Source of the DNA: Yuukianura sp. NJ FZ-2021
Taxonomy: Eukaryota
Direction of reading: 5' to 3'
Assembly (NCBI GenBank): GCA_046563655.1
Contig: CM102289.1
Coordinates: forward strand, 372,001-436,000
DNA length: 64,000 nt
Shown here: positions 38,574 to 51,562 of the stretch, piece by piece
Position numbering within the stretch: position 1 is the stretch's first letter
Layout: every line of letters begins with the position of its first letter
Made by a program: the position numbers and the translations under genes
The notes under the pieces: generated by a model
Told to the model about the DNA's origin: nothing
Databases searched by the model: none
Seen by the model: the letters and a program-made list of their open reading frames with translations, nothing else

Positions 38574-41069
38574 TCATAACACAATTTGAAAAAGTAACTC
38601 TGTGGCGTTGGTATTGCTGGATTTGTTGTCTGTTCCAGTCACCAACGTTGTTGTCTCGTCCTGCAAACCTTCAGATTTTAATTCATTTAGCAACGAAGAA
38701 CGCCTAAAAGTAGTCGTTTTTACACATGTAACTTGTCCTGAACCGGTAACGCATAACCGCCGAAATGCATTTTCGGCACGAATCAAAGCAATATAAAATA
38801 ATGTTCGCATTTCGTAAATGAATATTAAACTACACAAACCCAAACAGAGCAGAATCAAGTAAAAACTTGTTACAATGTTTCCTGTTAACTTCAATTTTCT
38901 CGGTTTTAGTTGCATCACCTTTGTTTTTTCGTGTTCATTCATAATGTTGTCTAATACATAAGGTCTAGTGATGGGGAACCATTTTTCCCACAACCCATAA
39001 ATTCCAGATTGCATGAGTTGTTGTAACCTTGTGTATTGATGCTGCTCAACTATGTCGTACCCACGAACAATTGTACCAAGCGGTTCCGTCCCTTTGCGGA
39101 AGTTTACGGTATTGTCTCCAGTAGAGTCTAAGTCTGTACTTTCTACTCTATTTTCATGGAAGGCTAAAAATAAATTCAAATCTGACTCTGCTCCCAGTAG
39201 GGCTGTCTTGGAACAGAGCGACAGAATTTCCGAAAGCCTTAAAAGTGTAGTGTTGGGGTTTAGAAAAGATTTAAAGTTGGACAATACGCTAATTTCTGCA
39301 ATGATAAATTGTGAAGGGAATTTAGCCCTTACTTTCAAGGTGTCTAAGATGCTGTTGTCCGTACTTTTTCCTTTCTGTTTGACATAGGTGTAGTGATCAA
39401 AGCAATTCACATTTAGAGCCTCACTATTGTTTACTAACTGTACTGGATCATCCAGACATTTGAAATTGGTTGATTTGGTGAAATCTACTATTCGCTTGAG
39501 TGCAGCATTTCCGGAAATTCCAACTTGGCATGAACTAAAGTTAGTCCTATAAGGCTCATCATGTACCCCTTCACATCTACACAAAAAAATGGGCTTCAGT
39601 TCGCGTATGCGAACTGAAGCTGAAAATTTCAACAGTTCGTAGTTGAATGTGAACAAACTTTTTCCGTCAGTTAGTACAACAAAGTCCTCCAACTGATTGA
39701 ACCTGTGGTATGTTTGTGTAATGGCCATTGGCTTAGTTAAAAACGACACAACTACGCCTTTATATGCATTAGTAAGAACTACAGTTAGCAACATCCACAA
39801 ATTAATGACAGGGAGAATGCCATTTTGTGCAATATTTTGTCGTGTTTTAGAAAATACTTCCAGGATACTTCCAAAAAACAGAAATAAAACATCTAAGCAA
39901 ACTAAATTTCGCAAGTGAGAAGATGTAGAAGGTTGAACCCGAACTAACAAAGTAACAAAACAAATTAACAAAAGTCCCGTGATTAATGCAGCACCCCAAG
40001 AGTAAGTATCATAAGGTCTTGTATAAATTTTAAAAGTGAGTGTTTCCTGCGTTCCATCACAAGTTAAGAAAGTTAGTTGTTCTTCTTTAGTTGGGAAAAA
40101 GTGTAAAATAGATCTGTTTGGATTCGGGGCGACTAAAGACAGAGGATAACACAGTCTTCTCCAACTTAAAATAGATTCTAACTCTGTCACCGACAGAGAA
40201 ATTCCCCGTTTAAAATGTAACAAAAACTCAATGTGGTCGTGCAAATCAAAGCCCACAAGGCCATGCGCCTTGAACGGGTTCAAAATTTGAGTCAGAGGAA
40301 GCTTTCCCAGATCTTTCTCTGGAAAGAAAATGTGATTCCTTGCGTCTGCTTCAACTGCTGTGGCCACTTCTCGAAAGCGGTTGAAAGACAACGCTTGTGT
40401 TGTGTTCATCTCATACCATTTCAATGCGAATTGACGAAAATCATATATTTCATCATCGTCTCCAGGGTACAGTTCTCTTTTGATGTAGTGCAGCCATATT
40501 CTTGAAATCAAGTATTCGTGGTCATTTGGTGTGAATTGAGAATGTGATGAAGATGAGAGTCCGTAGTAGAATATGGATGCATACGGGAGTTGTTCGAGTA
40601 GTAGTCCTGTAGCACCAGAGCTATAAGCGCTGCTGGGCTCAACAATATGAATTGAAACACCAAGGGTTCTCATGAAATCGCGTTTTGTGTAAAGTACTCT
40701 AAAAGTTGACCGTAGTTCGCTAGTGTAATCCGCAGGATAAATGCTTTTTGGAAATAGGAGGAAAATTTGAAAGAAGTTGAGTTTGTTAGCAGAAATGTGC
40801 ATGTGTTTAATAACATTCAACTCCTCAAAGGGAGGTTCGCAAGTTTCATTTGTGTTGCACATGAAGTACAATGTTATGGGAACGGCAAAACTTGCAGTCA
40901 TTTGGAACTGTTGGTTTTCAGCAATTATCAAATTGTCACTGTGTAGAAACTGGTCTACCAGTTGATACAAATTCACAATGTTATAAGTATTGCTTAATGT
41001 TTCTGAATTTGCTGACACTCGTAAAATTGGGATTAGATTCAAAAAGAGTGATAACCACAAGGAGTACAT
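38574..41069 (-). CDS. Intronless divergent ionotropic receptor (IR / variant iGluR)-like protein, copy A
   Basis: ~830-aa ORF with a signal peptide. Pre-M1 IYTRPYDTYSW, M3-like LWMLLTVVLTNAYKGVVVSFLTKP, S2-end LMQSGIYGLWEKW and M4 NIVTSFYLILLCLGLCSLIFIYE. Start could instead be the ATG at 41081. Confidence 0.75.
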   Translation of the reverse strand: MYSLWLSLFLNLIPILRVSANSETLSNTYNIVNLYQLVDQFLHSDNLIIAENQQFQMTASFAVPITLYFMCNTNETCEPPFEELNVIKHMHISANKLNFFQIFLLFPKSIYPADYTSELRSTFRVLYTKRDFMRTLGVSIHIVEPSSAYSSGATGLLLEQLPYASIFYYGLSSSSHSQFTPNDHEYLISRIWLHYIKRELYPGDDDEIYDFRQFALKWYEMNTTQALSFNRFREVATAVEADARNHIFFPEKDLGKLPLTQILNPFKAHGLVGFDLHDHIEFLLHFKRGISLSVTELESILSWRRLCYPLSLVAPNPNRSILHFFPTKEEQLTFLTCDGTQETLTFKIYTRPYDTYSWGAALITGLLLICFVTLLVRVQPSTSSHLRNLVCLDVLFLFFGSILEVFSKTRQNIAQNGILPVINLWMLLTVVLTNAYKGVVVSFLTKPMAITQTYHRFNQLEDFVVLTDGKSLFTFNYELLKFSASVRIRELKPIFLCRCEGVHDEPYRTNFSSCQVGISGNAALKRIVDFTKSTNFKCLDDPVQLVNNSEALNVNCFDHYTYVKQKGKSTDNSILDTLKVRAKFPSQFIIAEISVLSNFKSFLNPNTTLLRLSEILSLCSKTALLGAESDLNLFLAFHENRVESTDLDSTGDNTVNFRKGTEPLGTIVRGYDIVEQHQYTRLQQLMQSGIYGLWEKWFPITRPYVLDNIMNEHEKTKVMQLKPRKLKLTGNIVTSFYLILLCLGLCSLIFIYEMRTLFYIALIRAENAFRRLCVTGSGQVTCVKTTTFRRSSLLNELKSEGLQDETTTLVTGTDNKSSNTNATELLFQIVL

Positions 41070-41889
41070 GGCTCTGACCATAGCAGTTTGAATTGTAAAC
41101 CAAATCAAGGAAACTTACTTTAAAGCAATGTTTAACTTAGTTTCTGTGTATGCTGCGAAGAAATTTACAAGTAAAAGTATAAGGCGGTCCAGCTTACACA
41201 CGATAAGTGCGGCGTCAAAGGAAAAGTTCCGAACTTTTACTAAGAATTAGTAATTTGGGTAATGCATTCGTATTGGATGAGATGAAAACAATTTTGTAAA
41301 CAATCCCTCTCCACGCCCTCATAAACAATACTGTTAAAAGTCCGTCCTGCACGAATTGTCAACTTGATAAATTTACCGTTAAAAAATTCACTGACCTTGA
41401 CCAAAGAAAGTCCAAAATGCCGCTCATGCTACCTTGTTTTGTAAAGTATCAATTTCTAACTTTAAGTTTCAAATCCAAGGCACTTGACTTTTAGTAATCG
41501 AAGAAGTTCTAAAAAGTACGTTGTTGCTTTGATTTCACAATGAAATTTACCCGATTTTTATATATCCTTCTTAGTTCCTAACTTCAAGAATGCAATTTAG
41601 TCGCCGTATTAATTTATATCAAGGCTTAGCTCAGTTTTCATCTTGTTCGTAAGACCCGAATCATAAAAGGGCAGAATTGCAAATTATCAGAAAATGATTT
41701 CGTATTTAATCAAAAGCAATGTACATTAATATTACAGTTTAGAGATATTATTTTTTAGAAAAGAAGTTACACCTAAGCACTCCTGCGCCCACACAACCAT
41801 TGTGAAGTTCTGCGCTCTGCTTTTCACTGACAATTGGACAGACAGACAACCTAATTGCATTAAATGGCCTTCACTACTACAAAAAGATG

Positions 41890-42223
41890 GCTATAAGCTT
41901 ACAATGTGACCCAAAGCACGACTACTGTGTATTTTGTCTCAAATTGACAACGGAGGTCATTTAATCCATAGAATCTTCGCTTCGTCACTCTCCCTTGTGT
42001 GATGATGATCATTTGCAGAGTGTTAATACTATGGACAATAATCATAACCTCCACATAGTTACCTCAGTCTCCCGCATAACCACATGCAAAAAACACAACC
42101 ACCTCCACCTCACTCCTCTCCACTTTTCCAACTTTTGTGGAAATTGTGACTGTGAGTTTTAGTTTAAACTATTCACAATTATTCTCCAAACATGAAACTT
42201 CTCACGCTCTCTGCTCTCCAAAA
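41890..42223 (+). repeat. Duplicated non-coding block (copy of 46484-46820)
   Basis: Long near-identical stretches shared, e.g. TTGACAACGGAGGTCATTTAATCCA and CCAACTTTTGTGGAAATTGTGACTGTGAGTTTTAGTTTAAACT. Confidence 0.9.
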
Positions 42224-42260
42224 TCTCCAACTATTTCTGCGAAAAACAGTGTTCACAGCG

Positions 42261-42329
42261 TTTTTAAATCGGAGTTATGGCATAACCTCTTACGCCATTT
42301 TAGTACAAATGGCCGCTATAGCAACGTTG
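42261..42329. mobile_element. Solitary right TIR of the CAAG..CTATAGCAAC MITE family
   Basis: TTTTTAAATCGGAGTTATGGCATAACCTCTTACGCCATTTTAGTACAAATGGCCGCTATAGCAACGTTG closely matches the right end of 32442-32668. Confidence 0.85.
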
Positions 42330-42953
42330 GGAGGCGACCTCTCAGTAAAGATTAAATATGTTTAATTAATGAATTTGTGTTGGGCGGAGCAATTTGGTTC
42401 GAAGAAATTCATTCGTGGTAAAGGGTGTGCTACAGTTGCACGCTATGTTCATAAGCCTCGACTTTTATTTCCGAGACTCAATTCTACACGAAATGTCGAT
42501 GCTTTTAATATATAATTCAAAAGTGACTTTGCTATGGGATGTCTAAATTTTTATTCTACATGGAATGTCGCCTAACGTAATATATAATTCCAAATTGAGT
42601 TCACTATGTTCAACGGGCTGAACTTTATTTCTGAAAGTCAGTTGTTATAACATTATTTAAATTAACTTCAAAAATAAAAGACTTTAAGCACGAAATGCAA
42701 AATGTCTACTACTGAGGAAAGTATTAAAATTGTTTCCGTTTATATATTTTACTTGTGACGTAAGTAATATTTGAGACAAGTTATTTGTAAGTAATCTAAG
42801 TACATAGAGATGACCTAACCGTAAGTTTGAAATAGGAAATAGTTAAAGCTTTGACAATTGCTGCACTCGCATGTATTGAGTTTACAACATTTACGATTAG
42901 GATTAGTTGCAGTAACAGTTTGGTTTAACAATTAATTGAACTTGAAATGACAG

Positions 42954-45663
42954 TCAGGATTCAATCGTCTCTAGCTTAGACGCTCTTCTTGTTTTCGGTT
43001 TCTTTGCAAACCTTTCCAGAAGATTTTGCAACAAACTAGTAAAACTACACAAAACAAATTTGAAAAAGAATACTAGAGGTTGAAGAAGTAATAACGCAAA
43101 TTCAAAAACAGATAATATGCAATGAAAAAGTGATAAAACAAGTTGAAAATGTGATAAGACGATTTGAAAGAGTGAATTCTTGGCGTTGGTAGTGCTGAGT
43201 TTGTTGTGTGCTCCAGTCAACATGCATATTTTCTCGCTTTGTAGCAAACCTTTGGGTTTTGTATTCACTTGCGACGAAAAAAACTTAAAAGTATTTGTTT
43301 TTACAAGTTTGATATTTCCTGAACTGGTAACGCGTATCCGACGGTATACACTTTCGGCACGAATAATAGAAATATAAATTATTGCTCTTACCTCGTAAAG
43401 TCCTACTAAACTACACAAGCCCAAGCATAGCAGAATCAAATAAAAGCTTGTTATAATGTTCCCTGTCAAATTTAACTTTTTGGGTTTTCGTTTGTATGTC
43501 TTTGTTTTTTGGTGTTGATTCATAATTTTGTCTAATGTGTTAGGTCTAGTGATGGGGAACCATTTCTCCCACAAACCATAAATTCCAGATTCCATGAGTT
43601 GTTGTAATCCTCTATATTTTTGCTGCTCAACTAGTTCGTAGCCTCGAACAGTTACATCAACTGGTTCTGTTCCTTTACGAAAGTAAACTGCGTTTTCCCC
43701 ATCAGAGTCTAAGCCTGCACGTTGTTGTACTCTATTTTCATAGTAGGCTAAAAATAAATTCAAGTCTGACTCTTTTCCCAGTAGGGCTATTTTGTAACAT
43801 AGCGACAGAATTTCCGAAAGCCTCAAAAGTGTAACGTTGGGGTGTAGGAAAGTGTAATGTGGGGTGTGCAGTATGTTTATGTTTGCAAGAATAAATGCGG
43901 ATGGGAATTTAGCATTCACTTTCGAGTTCTCTAAAACGCTCATGTCGGTACTTTGTTCTATCCGTTTAATAAACCTATATTTATTATGGCAACTCACATC
44001 ACTATACTGGAAGTCGTAGTACTTAAAATTTCGGGTGTATCGAGGCATTTGAAATTAGTTGATTGAGTGAAACCCACTACGCGCTTGAGGGCAGCATTTC
44101 CAGAAAGTCCAACTGGGCAAGAGTTAAGCTGCATCTGATCATACAAAGGGAACGTGAACGGAAATTCGCATTGGCAGTAAAAAATGAGCTTGAGCTCGCT
44201 TATGCGAATAGGGTCGGAGATATTCAACGAACCGCTTTTGTGTGGCAACGGAGTCTTTCCATCGCTTATTACGACAAAGTCCTCCAACTGGCTAAACTTG
44301 TTGTATGTTTGTGTAATGGGTAGTGGTTTAGTTAGATACGACACAACTACTCCCTTGTAACCATTAGTAAGGACTACAGTTAACAACATCCACAAACTAA
44401 TTACAGGCAGTATGCAATTTCGGCCAATATTTTGCTGTGTTTTAGAGAAAACTTCCACCATACTTGCGAAAAACACAAATAAAAAATCTAAGCAAACTAA
44501 ATTTCGCTGGGGAGAAGATGTATGTGGTTGAACGCGAACTACCAAAGTAACAAAACATGTTAGCAAAGCTCCTATTGCTAATATTGTACCCCAACAGTAG
44601 GCATCATAAGGTCTTGTATAAATTTCAAAACTCATTGTTTCCCCAGTTCCATCGCATGTTAAGAAAATTATTTTTTCCTTTTTAATTGGAAAGAATTGCA
44701 AAATCATTCTGTGTGGGTTATGGGCAACCAATGATAGAACAAAAGTGTAGTTCCGATTAGATATTTCACTATGAAACTTTTTCGGCGTCACAACAATTTC
44801 CTGCTTAAAATGTAAAACTAAGTCAATGTGGGCATGAACATCAAAGTTCGGTGGAACAAGTCCATGCGCCTTGAAAGGGTTTAGAATTTTAGCCACACGA
44901 ATTTTCTCCTCAGTTACTTTTTTTCTTTTTTTTTGAAGTCAAATTTTGATTTGGTTTTTTTCATAGTCAAAATGTTGTTTCTTGCGTTGGCTTCAACTGT
45001 TGTGACCTCTTCTCGAAAGCGATTGAAAGACAGCGCTTGCGTTATGTTCATCTCATACCACTTACACCTGATACTAAGGTGTTCAACCCGGAAATAACTT
45101 TCAAATCGAAATTTGTTGTAGGACAAGAATATTTTTGAAATTTTGTATTCGTAGTAATTTCCTACAAATTGAGAATGTGATGATAGCTCATAGTGAAATT
45201 TGGATGCATAAAAGAATTGCAGCGGTAGTTTGCAAGACATATCAGAGTTGATAGGCCCTACTATATGAATTGAAACACCTAGCGTTCTCATGTAATCGTA
45301 TTTAATTGACAACGATATAGACTCGCCCCAATCAATGCGTTCTGGAAATACAACGTAAATTTGAAAGTAGTTGAGTTTGTTACCAGAAATGTGCATGAGT
45401 TTAAAAACGCGGAGGTACTCAAAGTATTCGCACGTTCCATTGTTGTTGCACATGTAGTACAATTTTATGGGGACGGCAAAACTGGCACTAATTTGGTACG
45501 TCTGGTCTTCAGCGATGATCAAATTGTCACTGTGTGGAAACTGATCTACCAATTGATGCAAATTTACAATGTCGTACGTATCGCTAAATGTTTCTGAATT
45601 TGCTGACACTTGTAAAATGGAAATTAAATTCAATAAGAGTAGTGACCACAAGCAGGAGTACAT
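42954..45663 (-). pseudogene. Divergent IR-like paralog, copy B, with two frameshifts
   Basis: Colinear with copy A across three ORFs (44914-45663, 43994-44896, 42954-44048). One shift lies in an A9-G-A7 run near 44918-44934, the other in non-homopolymer sequence near 44000. Confidence 0.75.
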
Positions 45664-46483
45664 GGTTCTGACCGGAGTTGTTTAAATTGCTGGACCGAAT
45701 GAAGAAACCTTGGCTCTAAACCAAGGTTTAGCTTAGCTACTGTGTTTAGGGTGAACAATATTTCGTTATTGTTGGCTATATGTAGCACATTTAAAGTACA
45801 AGGCGATTCAGAGTCGACACGAAAAGAAATGAGGAAGGGAAAAACCGACCAACTCTTTTACTAGAAATTAATTTGCTTAAAGCATTCGTGTTGAATGATA
45901 TAAAAGCAATTTTTTAAACACTTCTTCATCACGCCCTCACAAACTTTACTACACGAAATGTCAACGCGTTATTAATTCACAATTTTAAAAGTCAAAAATG
46001 TTCACCCCAGTTGATGCTACCGTTTTTGCATAGTTTGGATTTCTAACTAGTTTTAAGTTTTAAATGCATGGCATCTTCGCCTTTAGTAGAAACATTCAAA
46101 AAAGTATGATTTTGCTTTTACTTGATGTCGACCCGATTTTACAAATTCCTGTTAAGTACTAACTTCAAGAGTTCAATTTAGTCGCAGTATCACTTTATTT
46201 AAGTCTTCCTTTTCATCTTGTTCTTAAAACTCGAATCATAAAAGAGCGGAATTGAAAATGTCTGTCTGTCCGCTTGCCACTGGCAACCGAGCAGACAGAC
46301 AACCTGAATGCATTAAGTGGCTTCCGCCACTTTGTAAACAAACGGTAATAGGACGTACAAAAGTAGCGAAAGATGAAGTTACTTTGCGACCGATAACCAA
46401 ATTCTTTGGCATGATTGTGACAGACAGATATACAAACAGTGTAGTTTGCGTTAAGTAGCTTTTGTTACCACACAAAGAGGCAA

Positions 46484-46820
46484 GCTATAAGCTTACCGTG
46501 TGGATACCAGGCACGACAGTGTGTATTTTGTGTCTCAATTGACAACGGAGGTCATTTAATCCACAGAATCTTCACTTCGTCACTCTCCCTTCTACTCTAA
46601 TGATGATCATTTGAAGAGAGTTCATACTATGGACAATAATCATAACCTCCGCATCGTTACCTCAGTCTCCCACACATCCACATGCAAAAAACACCTCCAC
46701 CTCACCCCTCTCCACTTTGCAATTCCAACTTTTGTGGAAATTGTGACTGTGAGTTTTAGTTTAAACTGTTCACAATTATTCTCCAAACATGAAACTTCTC
46801 ACGCTCTTTGCTCTCCAAAA
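46484..46820 (+). promoter_or_regulatory. Conserved duplicated block between divergently transcribed IR copy B and the SWAP70/DEF6-like gene; likely promoter or 5' region
   Basis: Ends ~120 bp upstream of the SWAP70-like ATG and is near-identical to 41890-42223. Confidence 0.45.
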
Positions 46821-46937
46821 GTGGTCCCAAGAATTTAGTTTTGTAGAGCAGTTTAGAGGTCAATGACCTCAACCAATTCTCTCAAAAACTCCAAATTTTC
46901 AACTTTTTCAAAATAAAAAAAGAAAAGTTTTTTAAAA

Positions 46938-49900
46938 ATGGCGAGTTCTACTCTGTTTGAATTTACGCGGAACTCCATTTGGCAAGGATTTACAGCACTC
47001 ACGGACTACGACGGGGGAATACATGCTCCAAAATCGAGGCTCAAGGTACATTATAATAATGTAATTTATTATTATATATTAACAATATAATATAAATATA
47101 TGTTATTATAATAAATTAATAATATAATATAAATATATGTTATTGTTATATGTCAACCCAATGTATTAGCATATGCTAAATGTGTTAATATGGTATGATG
47201 TTGTTTGTTTACTGCAATTCAGAGGGAGAAGCAAACAAAATTGCATTGTTCCTAAAATGCTAAATTTTTTGCATAAAGACAAACAAAATTCGCACGGCGT
47301 TTAGCCTTGGGCTTCTTCCCCGGCGCCACGCTCGTTAAATCCTAATGGTTTTTAGTCAACTCCAAAATTATGGCAACTTCTTCCTGCATCTGCAAAATTT
47401 TCGCCAAAGTTTCTACACTTGAAAAATTAACTTTTGGAAAAAACTAATGTAAATTCCATATTCGTCAACGACACAAAAATTATACCAGAAATTTAATCTT
47501 TGGTTCGGCATACAATTTATGTTAAACAGATGCGATGTATTCCAAGTTGGTCAGAAACAGAAATCACACCAAAAATTAATCCTGCTGACAAATGTTTGTG
47601 TGAATTTCAAAATTTAAAATTTGTGTTGAAAACGGATCTTTTTAATTTTTGAAGGTGTTTGCTGCCAGTATTGGAACAGTTCTGGATTGCCAAGGAGTTG
47701 AGAACGGAATGGACGATTTCCGGAGTTCCCCTTACCTCAACTTTTCAGAGTTCGAGTACTACTTGAGCCACGAAGTATTTTCAGTAGTTTGTGATGTTCA
47801 TAGTAGAACGGACTTAGCATTGCTGGAAAAATACATTGACGAAGTGTGTTGGACTCTGGCCAAAGGAAAACTAGACTGGAACAGACGCAGTTCGCCACTG
47901 GACAAGGAGTCTGCTTTCTTCCTTTTCAGAATTTTCTGTCTTTTGGCAGATTTGATTCGCGACGAAGAAGGAAATGCACAGGTAAAGTTCAAATTCTTAA
48001 AAACTACAAAAATACATAGAAATTTTAAATTTTAGGTTAAAATCGAAAGTTTTCAAATTTTCAAAAATTCTCAGGTTGTCATATCACCGGAGGAAGCGGA
48101 TTTGGTTTTTAGAAAAATTATTTCCAGCGTATCATCAAAAGAAAGTGAAGCTACAAAAGAGGAATTTGAGGTAAAAATGTGCACAACATTAAAAAATATT
48201 TTCAAATTGATGACAAAATTTTTTTCATGATTTTTATGCTAATTTTTTTCAAAAACAGACATTTTTATAAGTACGCTACAGTTAAGTATGCACCAATTAT
48301 GCAACTAGAAACAAAATTAGGATATCCTGTGCAATTTTTTTTTCAAAGTAGAACTAGTAATCTGCTGTGTTTTTGTATGAAATGACAAAAGCAGCTTCAG
48401 AGCAAAAAGATTCCAGAGACAGATTGCCAATTCTTCTGATGTTTTAAATTGCCATAAGGTCAAAGGTCGAAGGTCATCTCTTTGCTAAACTAGTTTTAAT
48501 TGCTGGTCAAGTTCAATTTAGTTTTACTTTTAAGCATCACAAGGACACAAATGGTCATAAACTAAACTCGTCCTCAAGGCCATCCAGTTTCCCATTTCAA
48601 AATTTCGCACACTTATTATTTTACTTAAATTTTTTTTTGCAGTGCCTGTTCTCCAATGCTATTTTTGACTTTCAAACTTTCCTTTCCGTGATTGAGCTAA
48701 AATTTCTCAAAGATCTTCCAAAACAAGAAGTTCTCGAGGCAATTCGGGAAATTTACGACGAATATGTAGATGATATTATCAAAAAGGTGGGAAACTTCAA
48801 AAATCAACATAAAAAAAACCCCAAATTTCTCAATTTTTGAAATTGAAATTTTGATTTGAATTTTTACAGGGAACTTTTTTGAAACGTGGAGATTATTTGC
48901 CCAAGTACGTCGAGAGACTGTTCACTCTACGCCCTACTGGACTCATTTATGGCAAAAACACAAAGAAAACGAGAACGATAAAATTTGATGCTCAAACGAG
49001 AGTTGAGGAAGGGAAAAAGAAAAAAGGCGGGAAATTTTTTACGTTCAATTTGGTTACGGCTGAGCGCGTTTTTCAATTTGCGACGTTAGACAAGAGGTAC
49101 TAAACATAAAATTTACACTTTTATGATCCAAATTTTCAAAATCTTCAATTTTTTTTTCAAAATTTTTAGATGTGGATTGCAATGGGTGAGTGCGATAAAA
49201 CTGGCACTGTCTAGAATACACTGTGAAGAGTCTTACGGACGCTACTTGAGAAGCAAAAGAAGACTTGAATGGCACCGTCAAAAGATTCGTGTTCAAATGG
49301 AGCTGGACAGAACGCGTGAAATGCTGGTGGAGGAGAAAATGGTAGAGATGCCCGACTACCCCGAAATGGGCTTAAGCAAAATCCTCGGCTTCTCTACCGA
49401 ATTTGGAAAGAGAGTTCCTAGCAAAGAAGAAATTTAACTAACCTAAGTATCTTTTTAACTAACCATAAGAAATTTTAGTTAATTACTAAGTATTTACACT
49501 AATTAAGTTAGTTAACTAACTTTAGTCAAGGCGGATAACCATAACAATTTCTAGAAACACTCAAGACTTTCACTCAAGAGACACACTCAACTAAAGCCAC
49601 ATTCACACCTTCAACTAAAGCCAGATTCACACCTTCAGCTAAAGCCACATTCGCACACTCAACTAAAGCCACATTCACACCTTCAACTAAACCCAAATTC
49701 ACACACTCAACTAAAGCCAGATTCACACACACCTTCAACTAAAGCCAGATTCACACCTTCAACTAAAGCCAGATTCACACCTCCAACTAAAGCCAGATTC
49801 ACACATTCAACTAAAGCCACATTCACACCTTCAACTAAAGCCACATTCACACACACCTTCAACTAAAGCCAGATTCACACCTTCACCTAAAACCACGTCG

Positions 49901-50773
49901 CAACACCCTACTAAAGCCAGATTCACACGCGATACTAAAGAAACCGGCATACATCCGTTTTTGCAAAAATGGAAAATTTTGAAAATCCAAATTTTGAAAA
50001 TTTTACACCTAGGCTCGACAAGCAGCTGAAAAGTATGCCGAAGAGCTGGCAATTCAGAAAGCAGAACAAGAAGCACAAAAATTGCAGTTGGATCAAACAC
50101 GACGCACACTCGAGAGTTTGTTAGCAGAAGAAATTCAGGCAAAACACGACGAAGAATTGGTGCGAACGCTGCAAGCAAGAATCCTAAGTGAAGAGTGGGA
50201 AAAACGAGAAGAATTGGAAAAATTACATTTTGAACAAAACAAGTTGCTGGAAATGGAACAGAAAAAAGCGCGAAAATTTGAACGAAAACAGGCAGAACTA
50301 GAACGGCTTTTGGAAGGCAAGAAATAACTAACGTTTTAAACTGTAAAATTCCTTTTGTTAAACAAAATTAACAAAATCGGAGTTTTTAACACTGCTGATT
50401 TAACAAATGCCGGCCACTAAACTTTTGGTGAGAGAAACTCAAAAATTTAAAATTTTGAATACTTGCTCACTTTTCTGTTTTTCAATTTTGGTTTTCAATT
50501 GTTGTTCTTTGTGTTTTAGAGGCCGAGTGGAAGTTGAGAGAACTTGAGAAATCAAGACTCGAAATGGACCGAGAATTGAAAACAGCAAAACTCAAAAATG
50601 TTGAACGAAATCACGAAATTTTGGAAACTCGTATGAAGTTGTTCAGTGCTCCAATTGTAAAAGGCGAAAGGATTTTGCACACAAGACGCAGTGTGAGCAT
50701 GCGTGAACGTCGAACTCAGTACCTCACTCCACTTTTTGAAAAGTATCAAATCCAACCGGACACAGAGTTTTAA
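46938..50773 (+). CDS. SWAP70/DEF6-like protein (N-terminal EF-hand-like region, PH domain, coiled coil), 8 exons
   Basis: N-terminus NSIWQGFTALTDYDGGIHAPKSRLKVFAASIGTVL resembles SWAP70/DEF6. PH domain KGTFLKRGDYLPKYVERLFTLRP...LQWVSAIKLA. Coiled coil EEIQAKHDEELVRTLQARILSEEWEKREELE. The last intron (50317-50519) is GC-AG (AAG|GCAAG). Confidence 0.85.
49585..49930. repeat. Intronic minisatellite, ~24-bp unit, ~14 copies
   Basis: Unit close to TCAACTAAAGCCAGATTCACACCT. Confidence 0.95.
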
Positions 50774-51562
50774 CTTTTTGAAAAAATGCGACATTTCACA
50801 TTCAGAAAGTGAAATTTCAACTTCGAGAGGTACCTCAGACACATTTATAGAGTTGAGTTGCATTGAAAGTAAAAAAGTCAAAATTTGCTGAAACTAAAAA
50901 GTAGAAATTTGTTTGATACAAATTTATTACCATGTTTCAAGGTAATCAACTTTATTATACCATCTATGAATGCATTTACACAAACTAAAGTGATTGTCCA
51001 ACATGTTGATACAAAAATTTGTGCCACTGGTTTCAAAATTTTAGATTTTTTTTTAAATTTGGCATGGCATTACCGATTATTGGTCACTTTCCGTTTTTCA
51101 GAACTGACACATCCAAAAAATAAAGGCCCTCAAAATTTTCCTTTCAAAATTTCGAAAAGGATGGATTTCAAGGTTGGAAAAAAAAATGCAAACGGGTTTG
51201 TAAAACTTTTTTCATTGTAGATTATGCAAAATTAAGCTTAGAAACTTGTTTCGTTTATCATTAAATCGAAAACTACAAAGCTTGGTTGATTTTGAGTTAC
51301 TTAATTATTCTCACAGCGTAAATTCACATTGCGCAATTTGCAAATTGGCAAAGTACCTTTCGCATGCTCCGTTGTGCCAAAATATAAAAATTTGCATAAA
51401 GTGTCCAACTTGTTGTTTCGCAATTGAATAAAAAATAGAATAGAAAGCTATTCCCGTTCATTCCGTCTTCTAACTGCCTCTAGGCAACTCTTCAAATCAA
51501 AAATTTCAATTTTACAAAACCCTTAAATTGAAATCAAAATTTTCAAATTTCCAAGTTTGAAA

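Noticed and set aside
38571..38576. Stop-codon readthrough at IR copy A (TGA-C context)
   Set aside because: The downstream homologous tail has a 4-nt insertion and an early stop, so readthrough would not restore it.
49585..49930. 24-bp repeat array
   Set aside because: No spacers; an ordinary intronic minisatellite. The overlapping minus-strand ORF is spurious.
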